A stretch of DNA of 64,000 bases from Takakia lepidozioides (GCA_030704615.1 CM060734.1:38192001-38256000), one strand, 5' to 3'; positions 13,799 through 26,043 are shown, numbered from the stretch's first letter. The notes: generated from the letters alone by a model not told the origin. A program made the numbers and translations.

Positions 13799-15699
13799 AG
13801 ACACTACAACAGATTGCGGCTTTTACGTCTCTGTGTTATGATTGCAAATGCAGTTATGGAAGCCATTTACGACTTCCCGACTCTGAAGACGTAAAAGCCT
13901 AGTCAGTTGTGACATGGCAGATATGACTCTCTAGGCTGGCTGTGACGTGGCGCCTGAGCAGCTGTGGGGGTAGTCATACACGCTGGCTTTACGAATGACT
14001 GAACGGACAGTGTAGTACATGTCAGCGGCTGTGCAAGAGTGACACGTGCTTGATACAGAAAATGACACGTGGCAAAGTGTTCGCTCTCCATGAGAGTGAA
14101 CTATGACTACGGGCGTGCTAATCCAATTGCAACACGTGGCGTGTTGTAGTTTTTACACGTGGTCCCTCAGCAGATTGCCATGTGTTATGATGGGTGATTT
14201 TTTTAGGTATATTGCTTTTTTTTTTTAACATATTTGTATTTCTACAACGTGGTGTAGTACTATTGGAGAGTGAAAATAGATGTAGTCATTATTATGACTA
14301 TGATAGAAGTCATATACATGTCTATTACAACAATGAAATATAATATATAATACAAACAGGACAAGGCAGCAAAACATAACTGCAACAAGCTGAGCAAAAC
14401 CAAGAGATTGTACACCATCTCTATTTATCAATCTATTTATTATTATCATTTTTGTAGTGATCTAAAAATACATAAAATAGTCACATGTTCTCATGTGAAT
14501 TATAGTCTAACTGTAACACTTTGAAAAGTGTTCATCCAAATCTTCTAACTACTCGTGTATTCCATCAATCTGCAACCCATCAAAAACTAGGGCTTGCATG
14601 GCTTTAAGAATCACTACAGCAAGGACATCTGTTTTGTTTTCCAAGTTCTTGCATAAGATGCACCAAGCAACATTGCATTGTGAGACACTCACTTACTATT
14701 ACCCCAAAGCGTCCAGGGAAGGTCACTGAGCAACCTGCCAAGGCGGAAACAATTAAGAGAATTATCTAATACCATATATGAAAAACCAATGCCAGTGTTG
14801 TTTATGGTAACTTCTATCCCATGGACTCCTAAACAAACCAAACAAATAGGTTGGTGTGTGTTGGCGAAGTCAGATACTTCACAAAGAAACATGCACTAAA
14901 AATGAGAGCCAGGAGGATAGGAAGGTCACTCACGTTTATACAAAGACGTCTTGCCCACTGCCCAGCACCCTGCGTCACCCACACTCTATCTCTATTCCTT
15001 CAGCTATCCATGCCTCTGCACAAATCAAGTATTCATCCTTGCCTTGCTGCTAACAAATGACAATGACAGCCTACATTTGGAATAGGAAACACCCAACTCA
15101 GCGTAGCACACTAGGCGCTATGCTGAATTGCGTCTGCTACTCTCTGAAATGTAGCAGACATTCACCTTTCTGCCCCGGTTGACCCATCAGTGACTGGGCT
15201 CATATAAGTATTCATTCCACAGCTTCTCCTCATCTCTGTTACCTGTTTTTTGATACTTCCCTGTTGTCACATTGGCAGTATCATGTCAAAGTCACTCCAA
15301 ACTAGATTCACTCAACCAGCTAACTTGCAGAATTGAACATGGCAATTTAGGGCCGATTCTGATAAGAGGGAAAAACAGGGTGAAATGTGTTGAAGAAGAT
15401 GCCTTCATAAGCAGTGCCTGATTTTATCACTTGTGCCGCTGCTGCTAGTTGACCATCTACCCATGCAGGGTTCTTGTAGCTATTGATCCACAGGGAGTCA
15501 CAAGTAATCTTGTGCTTGAAATCTGGCCCTCTTGGATGAATCTGGACCCACACGAAATCCCTGCTCCTTCAGCTATCCATGCCTCTGCACAAATCATGCA
15601 TACATCCTCGCCTTGCTGCTAGCAGGTGACAATGACAGCCTAGAATTGTCAAAGCAAACACTAGCAGGGAAAATATGTTGAAGAAGGTACCTTCACCAC

Positions 15700-17000
15700 T
15701 TTCCCCATCATTTGCTTTCAGGTCTCCAAAGCCCCATCCCGCGCTCCTCCTCTGCACACCCTGCAAGCATCGCATTCCACGACACCACATCTCGTTCAGC
15801 CATACTCCCTTGGCATCCTCAATGCTCCCACATTTAGCATACATGGCCACCAGAGCAATGTTCAGGATGACATCTTGTGCTCTCTCTTTTTATGTCTCTC
15901 TAGTCATTCACGGCCAGAGAAACAGCATGATCGCGCACCTGATTGTGCAAAGGTTCAGAAACACGGCCACCATGTCACCATGGACCTGTCAGGCCAAGAT
16001 CCACTCAACCAGCTAACTTGCAGAATTCAACATGAAAATTTAGGGCCGAAAACAGGGTGAAATGTGTTGAACAAGGTACCTTGATTAGCAGTGTCTGATT
16101 TTATCAATTGTGCCGCTGCTTCTGCAGCTTCCAGTTGATCATCTATCCATGCAGGACCTATGATGGACCTCTGTGCCCTTTCCCAGAGCTGCCAGGCTTG
16201 CATTGGGCATACATGTCCACTTGGGCATAGTTCAAATGATAAGTGGTACAATTCCAGCTTTGACATTGACACCATGGATCTGCTCCATTTTCCAGGGCTT
16301 CCAGGCTCGCATTTGGCATAGATGTCCACCAGAGCAGAGTTCAGAATGACATCTGGTACATTTCAGCTTTGACAATATCACTGTGGACCTGTCCGTCCAT
16401 TCCACAGCTATCAGACTCACATTTGGCATACATGTCACCAAGGCAGTGTTCACAATCAGATTTGGTGTATAGTTCCGGCTTTGACAATGTCACCATGGAC
16501 CTCTACTCCCTTTTCTAGGGCTGCCAGGCTCGCCTAAACTTGTGTTCAGAATCACATATGGTACATTCCAGCTAATTTGACGATGTCACCATGGCCTCTG
16601 CTCTCTTTTCCAGGGCTGTTAGGCTTACATTTGGCATACATGTCCACGAGGGCAGTGCTCAGAATCAGATCTGGTACAATTCCAGATTTGACGATGTCAC
16701 CATGGACCTCTTTGCCCAGTTCTAGGGCTGCCAGGCTCAGATTTGGCATACATGTGCTGCATGGCAGTGCTCAGAATGACATCTAGTACAATTCCAGCCT
16801 TGACGATGTCACCTAGGAACTTTGCGCCCGTTTTCAGAGGTAGCATGCTCGCATTTGGCATACATGTCCAGCAGGGCAGTGCTCAGAATCATACCTGGTA
16901 CAATTCGCGCTTTGAAGATGTCACCATGGAAGTCTTTGCCCTTTTCCAGCCCGCTGCCATGCTCGCACATGCTTTGCCCCCACAAACCAACGTGATGTGG
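15700..17000 (-). pseudogene. PLS-class PPR gene fragments, including ~6-7 tandem ~111-bp copies of one motif junction
   Basis: LELGKEVHGDIVKSGIVPDLILSTALVDMYAKC, MYAKCGSIEDA and RDVVSWNAML-type motifs with many frameshifts. Confidence 0.8.
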
Positions 17001-18039
17001 TCAGGTTGAAGTACACCTCCCCGTTCCTGATTATAGGGGCACATAGAGGACCTTGAGGATCTTTGCACAAAACCATATGTAGAGAGGTAAAGGAGATAGT
17101 AAATGTCCGACATGCCAACGGCCTGAAGACAATATCCGTTCTTTGATACAATGCCTGAGTAACATCAAAGTCACTCCAAACCACCATGGATCCACCCAAC
17201 GAGCTAACTTACATGACCCATGGAGGATTTGACTGACCATGAACCCAAGAGGACCTCTTGTGTGTGCTGCTTGTGCCTGTAGTCAAGTACTGTCGGATTG
17301 GTCAGTGAGAACCACCACGGTGCATGACCCATGGAGGATTTGGCTGACCATCAACCCAAAAGGACCTCTTGTGTGTGCTGCTTGTGTCTGTCGTCAGGTA
17401 ATCTCGGATTGGGCTGTGAGAAACACCACGGTGCAGATGAGCAGGCAGAGATTGAAACACGGCCTGCTAAGACCAAGCTGACTCTCCCAAGAACCTTGTA
17501 AACATCAGGAAGAATACCAAATCATGGTATTAACAGGAGCCAACAACCCACATTTGCTGGATGGACAAACTTCTTCACATCATACATTAAGAAGAAGCCA
17601 CACCTTGCGATTGCGGTTGTCCCACCATCGTGAAGGATCTTTAAGAAACTCATGCCAGCTCTGCTCCGTGCTGCAAATTCAGGGCCGAGCGGGTAGAGAT
17701 TGAAACACGGCCTGCTGACTCTCCCAAGAATGGCGAGCTCCCAGCCGAAACCTCCTCACACACATACCCTAGTGTTTCTAGGGTTGCTTGCTTCAGATGC
17801 GAAGGTTGCTCCAACGCGGGCCTCCCATGCATGTTTGCCCTCCCTCCCACTCGCTGGCTGTAAGTCCCAGCCCTCTCTCTCTCTCTCCCTCCCTCCCGCT
17901 CTTACGCTCTAAGTCCCAGCTCCCTCCCTCCCTCCCTCCCTCCCGCTCGCTCTAAGTCTGTTCACGGCTATCGCGATTGGCAACTTTTAAAGTTTTTTAA
18001 CCTTTTTGCAAACTATAAGCAACTTTTTGATTTCTTTTT

Positions 18040-18210
18040 TTTTCTTTTTTCTTTTTTTAAAGGAAACCTCAGGCCCTTGAGGAGGGGGAAAAATTAACCC
18101 CCTTTCATTTATGGGCCATGAGACACGAACAATCCCACACACGTGGTAGGGCAGCGGGTTTGAAACCCAAACCACCAAGGTGACACACTGTGCACTTACC
18201 AGCCCATGTG
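18040..18210 (-). mobile_element. tRNA-derived SINE-like element
   Basis: Minus strand TGGTAAGTGCAC...GGGTTTCAAACCC (B-box-like), a 3' body shared with 49370-49540, and an A-rich tail. Confidence 0.5.
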
Positions 18211-18676
18211 TTTTTTTTTCAATCTTTTGCACTTTGATTATTATTATTATTATTATTATTTGAATTCATTCTAGTGGTCAGAGTCTCCGTTTTTCCAAAT
18301 ATAAATACTCATATATTAGATATATAACCAAAAAAACATACACGCGCAGTCATGTAGTGATTCTTCCATGTGATGATTTGGCAGAATGCATTAGAGTGAG
18401 AGTCATAAAGTCATATGTCCGTCTAGCAATATGCACACGACATTCCAGTGTAGCCATGACCGTGACTGGTAGTCATATCCGCCATGCCAATATTCGTGGT
18501 CAAACATGTTTGACATGTGTTGCGCAGAGTCCGGAGTCATGCAGTCGCATATACGCCTTTCTCCAGACCAGCGTTATGACTTCAAAGGCCTTTACGACTG
18601 CAAATGGCATTTCTGCCACAAATCTGTCATGACTGCGCACCCATGGGAGTCATAAAAGCCGCAATCTGTTGTAGTG

Positions 18677-20745
18677 AGAGACATCGCTATGCTGGGGCAC
18701 TCCCACAACGGAACCCACAAACCACCATCTTCTGAGGATCACGAATGGGCTCGTTTCACCCAGCAACTAGACCAAAGATACATCCCGGCGGACCATCACT
18801 ACTCTCGGTAAGGAGGCCTCAACTACTCTTCCTTAAACCTACTGGACGGGTTCTACCTCAAAACCAGCAATATTATCCCATCCTACCTCTTGAGTCACGT
18901 TCACCTTAATAGCTTATGCAACTCTGACCACTACCCGATCTCTGTCTCCCTCCCTCCCTCCCTCCCTCCCTCCTCCCTCCCTCATGTCCTTCCGGCCCAT
19001 TCCAGATGTGCATACCCACCCCCCCCCAGCCCCGCATACTCTCACCCATACCTCAAAATAACATCAAGGCCTTCCAACAACACTTCCATTCAGCCTCCTC
19101 TTATTTCATCCACAAAATCTCTCCCATACTCTCGGACTCCAATTTACTATTATCCCCAGATGCTGCCTGGAATGAAGCCGACACGACAATCAAATCCACA
19201 TTACAAGAAATGACTAAGAGTGTGTTAGTCACATGCTCTGCTCCCTCTGCCCTCTCCCAAACGACGCGATCAACACAAAACGGGGGCTATCTCACCAAAA
19301 CTCAGAAACGTGAATGGACAACGCATCTCAACATATACCACACAATACGCCGCCCGCTTGTTTTTATCCCTCCCCCCCCCCCGGTCCCCTTATTTAATAA
19401 CTGGAGGACGGACCCACGCATCACATGTTTAAACATCCTACCTATATGTCAATCAATTATGCCTCCACCTGCGGACGCCCCCTCTCTCCCTCAATGGATC
19501 GCCTCCCTCTCCAAGCTCGGACGGGAAGCAAAAAGAGCTGCTTACCTTATCACTAAACAAAAAGCCTCCGCCAACCACAAAAAAATTGTCGCCTCCTTTG
19601 GCCAACTACTACATAACCACCCTAAACGGACCCACAAAGCCATCTTCAACCCTGCCATTAACCCGCCCATTGATTGCCTCAAACACAGACTTGGGCACCT
19701 ACTAACCAAACCTGCCAACATCAACAACGAAATCTGGCTCCAAGCCTCGTCTTCCTACATACCTACTGTAGACAACTGTCTACATCTTAGCCATCACATA
19801 CCCAACTGCATGTGTAAAGTCAAACATTACCCATGGCATGATCTTGACGGCTTTTCTCTAGACACACAGGCTCCCCCACAGACCGCCTCCTTGACCTCTT
19901 CACAATTGGCCTATATGACTCGTGCGTGACAACCCCCGTCTATTCGCCATCATGGCGGACCTGGGCTACCCTATAGATGCCACCCAACTCATCGGGAACA
20001 TTTACACCAACAACACCACTGAATACACAGGTTCCTACTATGGCACCACCTCACCTATTCCCATCCTTCGCGGCACCATCCAAGGGGACACTCTGAGCCC
20101 CTACCTATTCAACATCTTTCTCGAACCTCTATTACGATGGTTTGCCCGAGGTAACTTAGGCTACCACTATAAAAGCTCCCCCAATGAAATCAGCGGTAGC
20201 ATATGCTGACAACCTCGCTATACTAGCACATAAGCCTCAACACCTCAACCGACAGGCTGACAAATTATCCGTTTTAATCAATGGTCTGGTATGGAACTAA
20301 GCCTCAATAAATGTGCGGTCATCGCCACTACCCACGGCAGTAAGCTTACAAAATCCCCGATAGCTTCCCATTGCATGCTCCATCTGCACTATCAACAAAA
20401 ATCCTTCCCCTTCTTAGGCCTGGATGAACCGTACACTTATCTAGGCATACAATTGGTTCCATCACTAACCTGGCATATCCAAAGGAGCACCACTCTTTCC
20501 AAACTAACCAATAAGAGTTTAGCTCTACTCAATACCCCGATTTCCATCCGCCCTAAACTAACTATCATCTAAAGAGTTCTCAACCCTCAAATCCAATACG
20601 CCTTTCACACGGCCCCCTTCTCTATACCAGATATCAAACTACTCGATAACAATATTATCCAACTCACCAAATGCATTTGTGGCCTACCCACCAGCACCCC
20701 TAACGTTCTTACCCAACTCCCACAAGATAATTTTGGGATTGGTTC
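18677..20745 (+). mobile_element. LINE ORF2 continuation: APE C-terminal half and reverse transcriptase (pseudogene, 3'-truncated)
   Basis: LDGFYL and NSDHYPI (APE); RGTIQGDTLSPYLFNIFLEPLLRW, AYADNL, MELSLNKC and YTYLGI (RT). Confidence 0.88.
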
Positions 20746-20761
20746 TAGCCCCCTAATCATC

Positions 20762-21300
20762 TTGGCAGAGGGATCCTCGGATTTGAGGGTCAAGACTGCC
20801 ACGGCTGCGCTATGGCAAGCTGCAGCTGCCAGGTTGACAGAGCTGCCAGCTAGGCCAGCCTTTGAGCGCGCCATGGTGACACCTGGAGTTGTCTTGTTAG
20901 ACAACCAGGATGACATTTTCTCTTTGAGTGGACCGGCAGGCAAGAGGTACCGGCCACTGCGGGTCTTGTTGGACTCGGGAGCTCAGCCGCTGATGTTGGG
21001 CAGAGCTGCTATTGCAGGTTTGGGCCTCATGGAGGCGGATATGGAGCCTTGTCCTTTCCAGATACAGACATCTCTGGGATGATCAGAGCAGGCTCGGGGC
21101 ATGACATGGCATGAGTTGGCCATTAGGCTACAGCCGGATCATCATATAGATGGCTCAGTGATGCGAGCCAAGACCATTGTGACAGATGTGGTCTCTTACG
21201 ATGTCCTCGTTGGTGGGGCGGTGTTATATCCCATGGGCTTCACCCTGGATTTTTGGGAGGAGTCAGCATCCTACCAGCCTGGATGGCAGTCAGGGGATGG
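20762..21300 (+). pseudogene. Gypsy aspartic protease domain
   Basis: RVLLDSGAQPLMLG (DSG active site) and YDVLVGG; in-frame stop at ~21080. Confidence 0.8.
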
Positions 21301-21677
21301 TCGTCGTGTACAGCTCCCTGTGACATTCATTGGGGGTGTTGCTGCTGCCCAGCGGGGCAAGATGCCAATACTAGCAGCCTTCATATCTGCAGTTAGTTGG
21401 CCTGGAGAGTTGCTGGAGGGCAATGCCCATGCAGAGGATGTGCCACCTCCAGCAAAGCAGGATGACATGCATGGTACGGCGGAGTTGTTTGCCATGGTTG
21501 CTCACACTCCATTATGGGGTACAAGCAAGGATTTGCAGCAGGCTGCTGATAGACAGGTGCAACAAGCCTGGGTAGAGGCCTTCGTACCGTCAGGAGAGGA
21601 GGAAAATGCGGTGATTGCACCAGGACCACCTCAGTTGTCGCCATTTGACACCACACCTCTTGTGTGGCAGTGCCTGG

Positions 21678-22600
21678 ATTCTGGACTTGTTTGGCGGGAT
21701 CAGCACTGGATTAGCTGCAGTGCTGCAGGCAGGTGTACGAGTTTGACGTTACATGTATGTGGAGAGGGATGAGACTGCACGAAGCGTCTCACTGCGCCAT
21801 GTTGCTCAATTGATGCAGCAGTACCCTGATTGGTTGCCAGTGTCTGCAGTTCGTGGATACCAACAAGCATTGCCAGCAGACATATCTTTGTTGGGGGCGC
21901 ATGGTTTGGAGCGGGTTGACCCTATTTACTTGGTAGTGGCAGGTTGGCCCTGCCAAAGGCATTCATCAGCCGGGCATGACAATGGGTTACACGACTCAAG
22001 GTCACACCTGTTTTGGGAAATGTTGAGGGTCCTACGTTATTTACAACTCTCCAGCATATATCTTGGAGAATGTGCCATTGATGGGTGATTCTCGGGCCAA
22101 GGTGATGGCCAGTGTGCATCAAATGCGGTCTTGGCTTGGGTTAGCAGTGTTGCTGGATGCAGCTGTAGTGGGGTCACGGGCTCATCGCCCACGACTATGG
22201 TGGACCAACTTGATGCCACCTGCACTGCTCAAGCGTGCATTTGATGGGGTGCAACGGCCACCACACCTGACGGTGGATAGCATTTTGGACATAGGGAGAC
22301 AGTTTCAGCGTGTGAGACACGATGACCGATCACCTTTGGCAGTGGTCAATAAGGTGGGTCACCCACGAACCGCATTGCCTACACTGCTCAGTTTTCCAGG
22401 ATCCCATGCTTTTCAGGATGGTGGACTTGGCCTCTTGTGGGATAGCCAGTTGCACCAATTAGTGGAGCCCAATGCTGACGAACGCGAGCGGGCGATGGGT
22501 TTTACCACTGGTACCACGGCAGTGCCATCTCTTTCTGAGGCATCACGTCGTCAGGTGTTGGGGCAAGCAATGGATCTCAATTTCTTGACCTGAATTATCA
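21678..22600 (+). pseudogene. C5-cytosine DNA methyltransferase domain inside Gypsy pol
   Basis: Motif I ILDLFGGISTG (21678), motif II YVERD, motif IV GWPCQ (21942-21956), motif VI YILENVP (~22057), motif VIII AHRPRLWWTN (~22180), motif IX ERERAMGF, motif X RRQVLGQAMD. One in-frame stop (~21744) and one frameshift between motifs IV and VI. Confidence 0.9.
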
Positions 22601-23122
22601 GCTTGGCTATGGCTGAGCAACGCCGAGTACGGAGTACACTTCCCTTGATGGTCTCCCTGCCTACCGAGACGGTACAGGCAGCGAGTGGGGGCGAACAGGT
22701 GAGGACCACAAGGACCACGAGGTGCAGGCCGCATCCATGGCACACGTGGGAGATGCTCGAGGTGCAAAAAGAGTTGGCAGCCAAGGCGGCCATGATGGAT
22801 GAGGTTGGGGATTTTTCTTGGGTTGAGGAGGTCCTCAAGGATGGGATGATGGGGCAGGATGAGACATTGTCACTGACAGAGGAGGCAGTGGTCACTGCTC
22901 AAGAGGTTGCAACATAGCAACCACGGGACGCGTCTTCTACTTCTAAGCTTGCTGGACTCAAGGTTGCAGTCACGGAGGACAACTGGGAGCTTGATGTTGG
23001 ACCTATAGTCACCGGAGGAGAAAGATGACGTATACGGCGGTTCTTGAGGGCTTACAGGAACTGCTTTGCCTTCAGTTTGAAGGACTTATGATCACTGAAG
23101 GGTCAGAGAGATTCGCATTGAA

Positions 23123-24420
23123 TTGGCTACTGACACGCCAATCTTTCGGAGACCCTATAGATACAGTGACATGGAGAGGTCCTTGATTCAGATGAGAACT
23201 CAGGACCTTTGGGAAGCTGGTTTGGTGGAGCTATCTGGGGGAGAGTATGCTTTAGCCACAGTGATGCCAGCCAAGAAGGATGTCTATGGCAATTGGACGG
23301 AGAGACGTATGTACGGTGATTACCGGCCTGTAAATTGTCAGACAAAGTCCGATAGGTATGCCATGCCGACACCAGATGAGATCTTTGATGCCATTGGGCA
23401 TGCCAAGGTCTTTAACACTTTGGATTTACGATCCGGATATCACCAGTTGCCGATCAAGGAGGCGGATAAGCAGAAGACGACATTCTGGGGGTTAAATGAG
23501 CACGGGAAGGATTGCCTATACCAGTGGCGGTTCTTACCATTTGGGCTTAAGAACGCTCCGGCAGAGTTTCAGAGAGTCATGGACAGGATTCTAGCAGGGG
23601 TGGAGTTTGTTCGGTGCTACATAGATGACATCATCATCTTTAGTGCTACGGTGGAGGAACATGAGAGACACCTTCACGTGATATTTGAGCGCTTGAGGGC
23701 GCACGGACTGAAGTTACATCCGGGGAAGTGCAAGTTTTTCCACAACCAAATTGAGTATCTGGGTCACATGATATATCCTGGAGGATTAGGGGTACAGCAG
23801 ACTAAGGTAGAGTCCATTGCACAGATTCTACGCCCCACGGATGTGAGCCGAGTTCGAGCTTTCATGGGGTTAGAAAACTATTATAGACGGTTTGTTAAGG
23901 GATTTAGTGCCATTGCAAAGGCTCTAACCAAACTGACCAAGGTAGACCAGGAGTGGCAGTGGGAAGATGAGCAAGAACAAGTTTTTCAAGAGCTCAAGGC
24001 GAGGTTGACCTCGGCGCCCATCTTGAGACGACCTATCAAGGGGCGTCCTTTTCAACCCATACAGATTTGAGCATGCTGGGGCTTGGAACGGTGCTCACAC
24101 AAGTGGATGATGAGGGAAGAGAGTTCGTAGTGGCTTAAGCTAGCCGCTCAAACAACGCTGCAGAGTCTAAGTATAGCTCATATGAGGGAGAATGCTTAGC
24201 TGCAATGTGGGCCGTGACACACTTCAGGTGCTATCTATACGGCAATCTCTTCACCCTTGTCACGTTTCATCAACCACTCAAGTGGTTGATGGAGTCAGAC
24301 AAGCTTACGGGGAAGCTTGCACGGTGGGCACTCATCCTTCAAGAGTATGACTTTCAGGTTGTGCATCGACCGGGTTTGGTCAATCGGGATGCAGATGGGT
24401 CGAGTCGCAATCCATGCACG
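23123..24420 (+). pseudogene. Gypsy reverse transcriptase and RNase H
   Basis: DYRPVN, LDLRSGYHQ, PFGLKNAP, YIDDIII, YLGH; RNase H LGTVLTQ, YSSYEGECLAAMWAV and LARWALILQEYDF. Confidence 0.93.
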
Positions 24421-24599
24421 AGCCAGCAGGATGACACTGGAGCTCGGTGGCATGGTGAGACGGACGAGGAGATGGTGCCCGGATGGCATGCATCTGCATT
24501 TCTGTATATCTTGGCAGCGGGAGGCCAGGTTGGACCTGCAACAGGGATGACTGTAGATCAAGTGTCTGAGGACCCTGAGGCCAGCAATGAGCAAGGTGG

Positions 24600-25845
24600 C
24601 GCCAAAGATATACATGAGGATTCAGCTGTGTTGGACTACCTCCGCACTGGAGACACGGCAACCACTGTGACTGCCAAGGAGAGAGATCGGATCCTACAAC
24701 GAGCCAAGAGGTTCAAGTGGGAGGGATCACACCTGCTCCAAGTGTGGGAGGATGGTCGAGTGAGGATTGTGCCTCATCCAACACAGCGGGCACGGTTAGT
24801 GCGGCATGCCCATGAGGAGTTGGGGCATTTTGAGGTGCGACGCATTCATAGTCTACTGCAGGGGCAGTATTGGTGGCGTGGTATGCACACAGAGGTGCAA
24901 CAATTTGTGGCTAGGTGCATGGTGTGTGACAGGGTGTGTGTTTCATTCAACGCCCATACTCCACAATTGCACCCTCTTCCGATCATGGGATTGGGCTACA
25001 GGTGGAGTCTTGACTTCGCAGGGCCATTGCCACTGACCATGCGCCACAACAAGTACGTGTTGGTGATGGTGGAGCACTTCTCCAAGTGGATCGAGTTGGT
25101 TCCATTGCCTGATAAAGCTAGTGAGGGAGCTGCGTATGCATTCTTGGATTGTGTACTTAGCCGATTCGGTGCTCCAGCTGAGGTACTCACGGACCAAGGG
25201 AGAGAGTTCTTGGGGGAGTTTCAGGCTTTGTGTGACAAGGCCTTGGTAGACCACCGCACTACTTCTCGGGATCGTCCTGAGGCTGATGGCTTGGCAGAGA
25301 GGGTTGTTCAGACAGTAAAGAGGGGTTTGCGCAAGTATGGCTTGCAGAAGGGACACCTAGGAGATTGGGACCTTCAGTTACCCTGGCTAGCCATGGGCTA
25401 CAGGTTCAGCAAGCAAGCATCACTTGCCTCATTCTCACCATACTTTCTTCTCTTTGGCCGAGAGCCGGATTTGCCTACATCCATTCGTAGAGAAGCTGCT
25501 ACAGTTCTTAACCTTGAGGATCCGGACGTGTGGGCACGTGCATGTGATCAGCATGCAGAGTTGTTCAAGAAAGTCATGCCCATGGCTTTCGAGAATCTTG
25601 CCATTGCACAATATCGTGATACGTTGAGGTATGCTACCATACGTGGTGGGGGCTATCGTCCTGGGATCCGGAGATTTAACCCTGGTGACTATGTTTATCT
25701 GCAACAGACTGCTCCTATGACCTTGGATGTGACTGCAGGACGTGTTATTTTGAGGGTTCGAGAGGTATTGTCCTCAGGTGTCTTGATCTTGGAGGGTCAG
25801 GATGGCATAACTTGGAAGGACCATGTGCGTAATTATGCGCCATGA
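24600..25845 (+). pseudogene. Gypsy integrase (H2C2 zinc finger plus rve core)
   Basis: HAHEELGH...CMVC, WSLDFAGPLP, LTDQGREF, DGLAER, SPYFLLFGR. Confidence 0.93.
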
Positions 25846-25908
25846 CACCTTCCGAATGTTGATGGCAGGATTGACCCAAACCTGGCAGTGGTACCTGCAA
25901 GTTTGAGG

Positions 25909-26043
25909 TGCATGTTGTGTGGGTCTGCTAGAGGGGCAGCCACCATGCTAGTGTGTGATCGATGCTTTAGAGGTTGGCATATGGGATGTTTGACTCCACC
26001 TCTTGAGATGGTTCCTGATGGGGATTGGTTATGTCCGCATTGC
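25909..26043 (+). pseudogene. PHD finger at the integrase C-terminus
   Basis: C4HC3 pattern CMLC...CDRCFRGWHMGCLTPPLEMVPDGDWLCPHC, in the integrase frame after a single TGA at 25843. Confidence 0.88.

Larger units (their letters stand above)
13802..18676. mobile_element. Non-autonomous CACTA (EnSpm) element with captured gene fragments (Pack-CACTA)
   Basis: Perfect 24-bp TIR CACTACAACAGATTGCGGCTTTTA / TAAAAGCCGCAATCTGTTGTAGTG; 3-bp TSD AGA (13799-13801, 18677-18679); TGACT/AGTCA subterminal motifs; no transposase seen. Confidence 0.92.

Noticed and set aside
13802-14459. Small separate CACTA ending at TTTGTAGTG (14459)
   Set aside because: The flanks AGA/ATC do not match and the TIR match is short; 18676 gives a perfect TIR and TSD.
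21678-22600. Host DNMT3/DRM gene
   Set aside because: It is intronless, embedded between protease and RT, lacks host N-terminal domains, and motif order is not permuted as in DRM.
7454-22600. Functional link between the SAH-deaminase-like gene and the TE methyltransferase
   Set aside because: They are separated by unrelated TEs, and the host gene is ordinary and intron-rich; proximity is probably chance.
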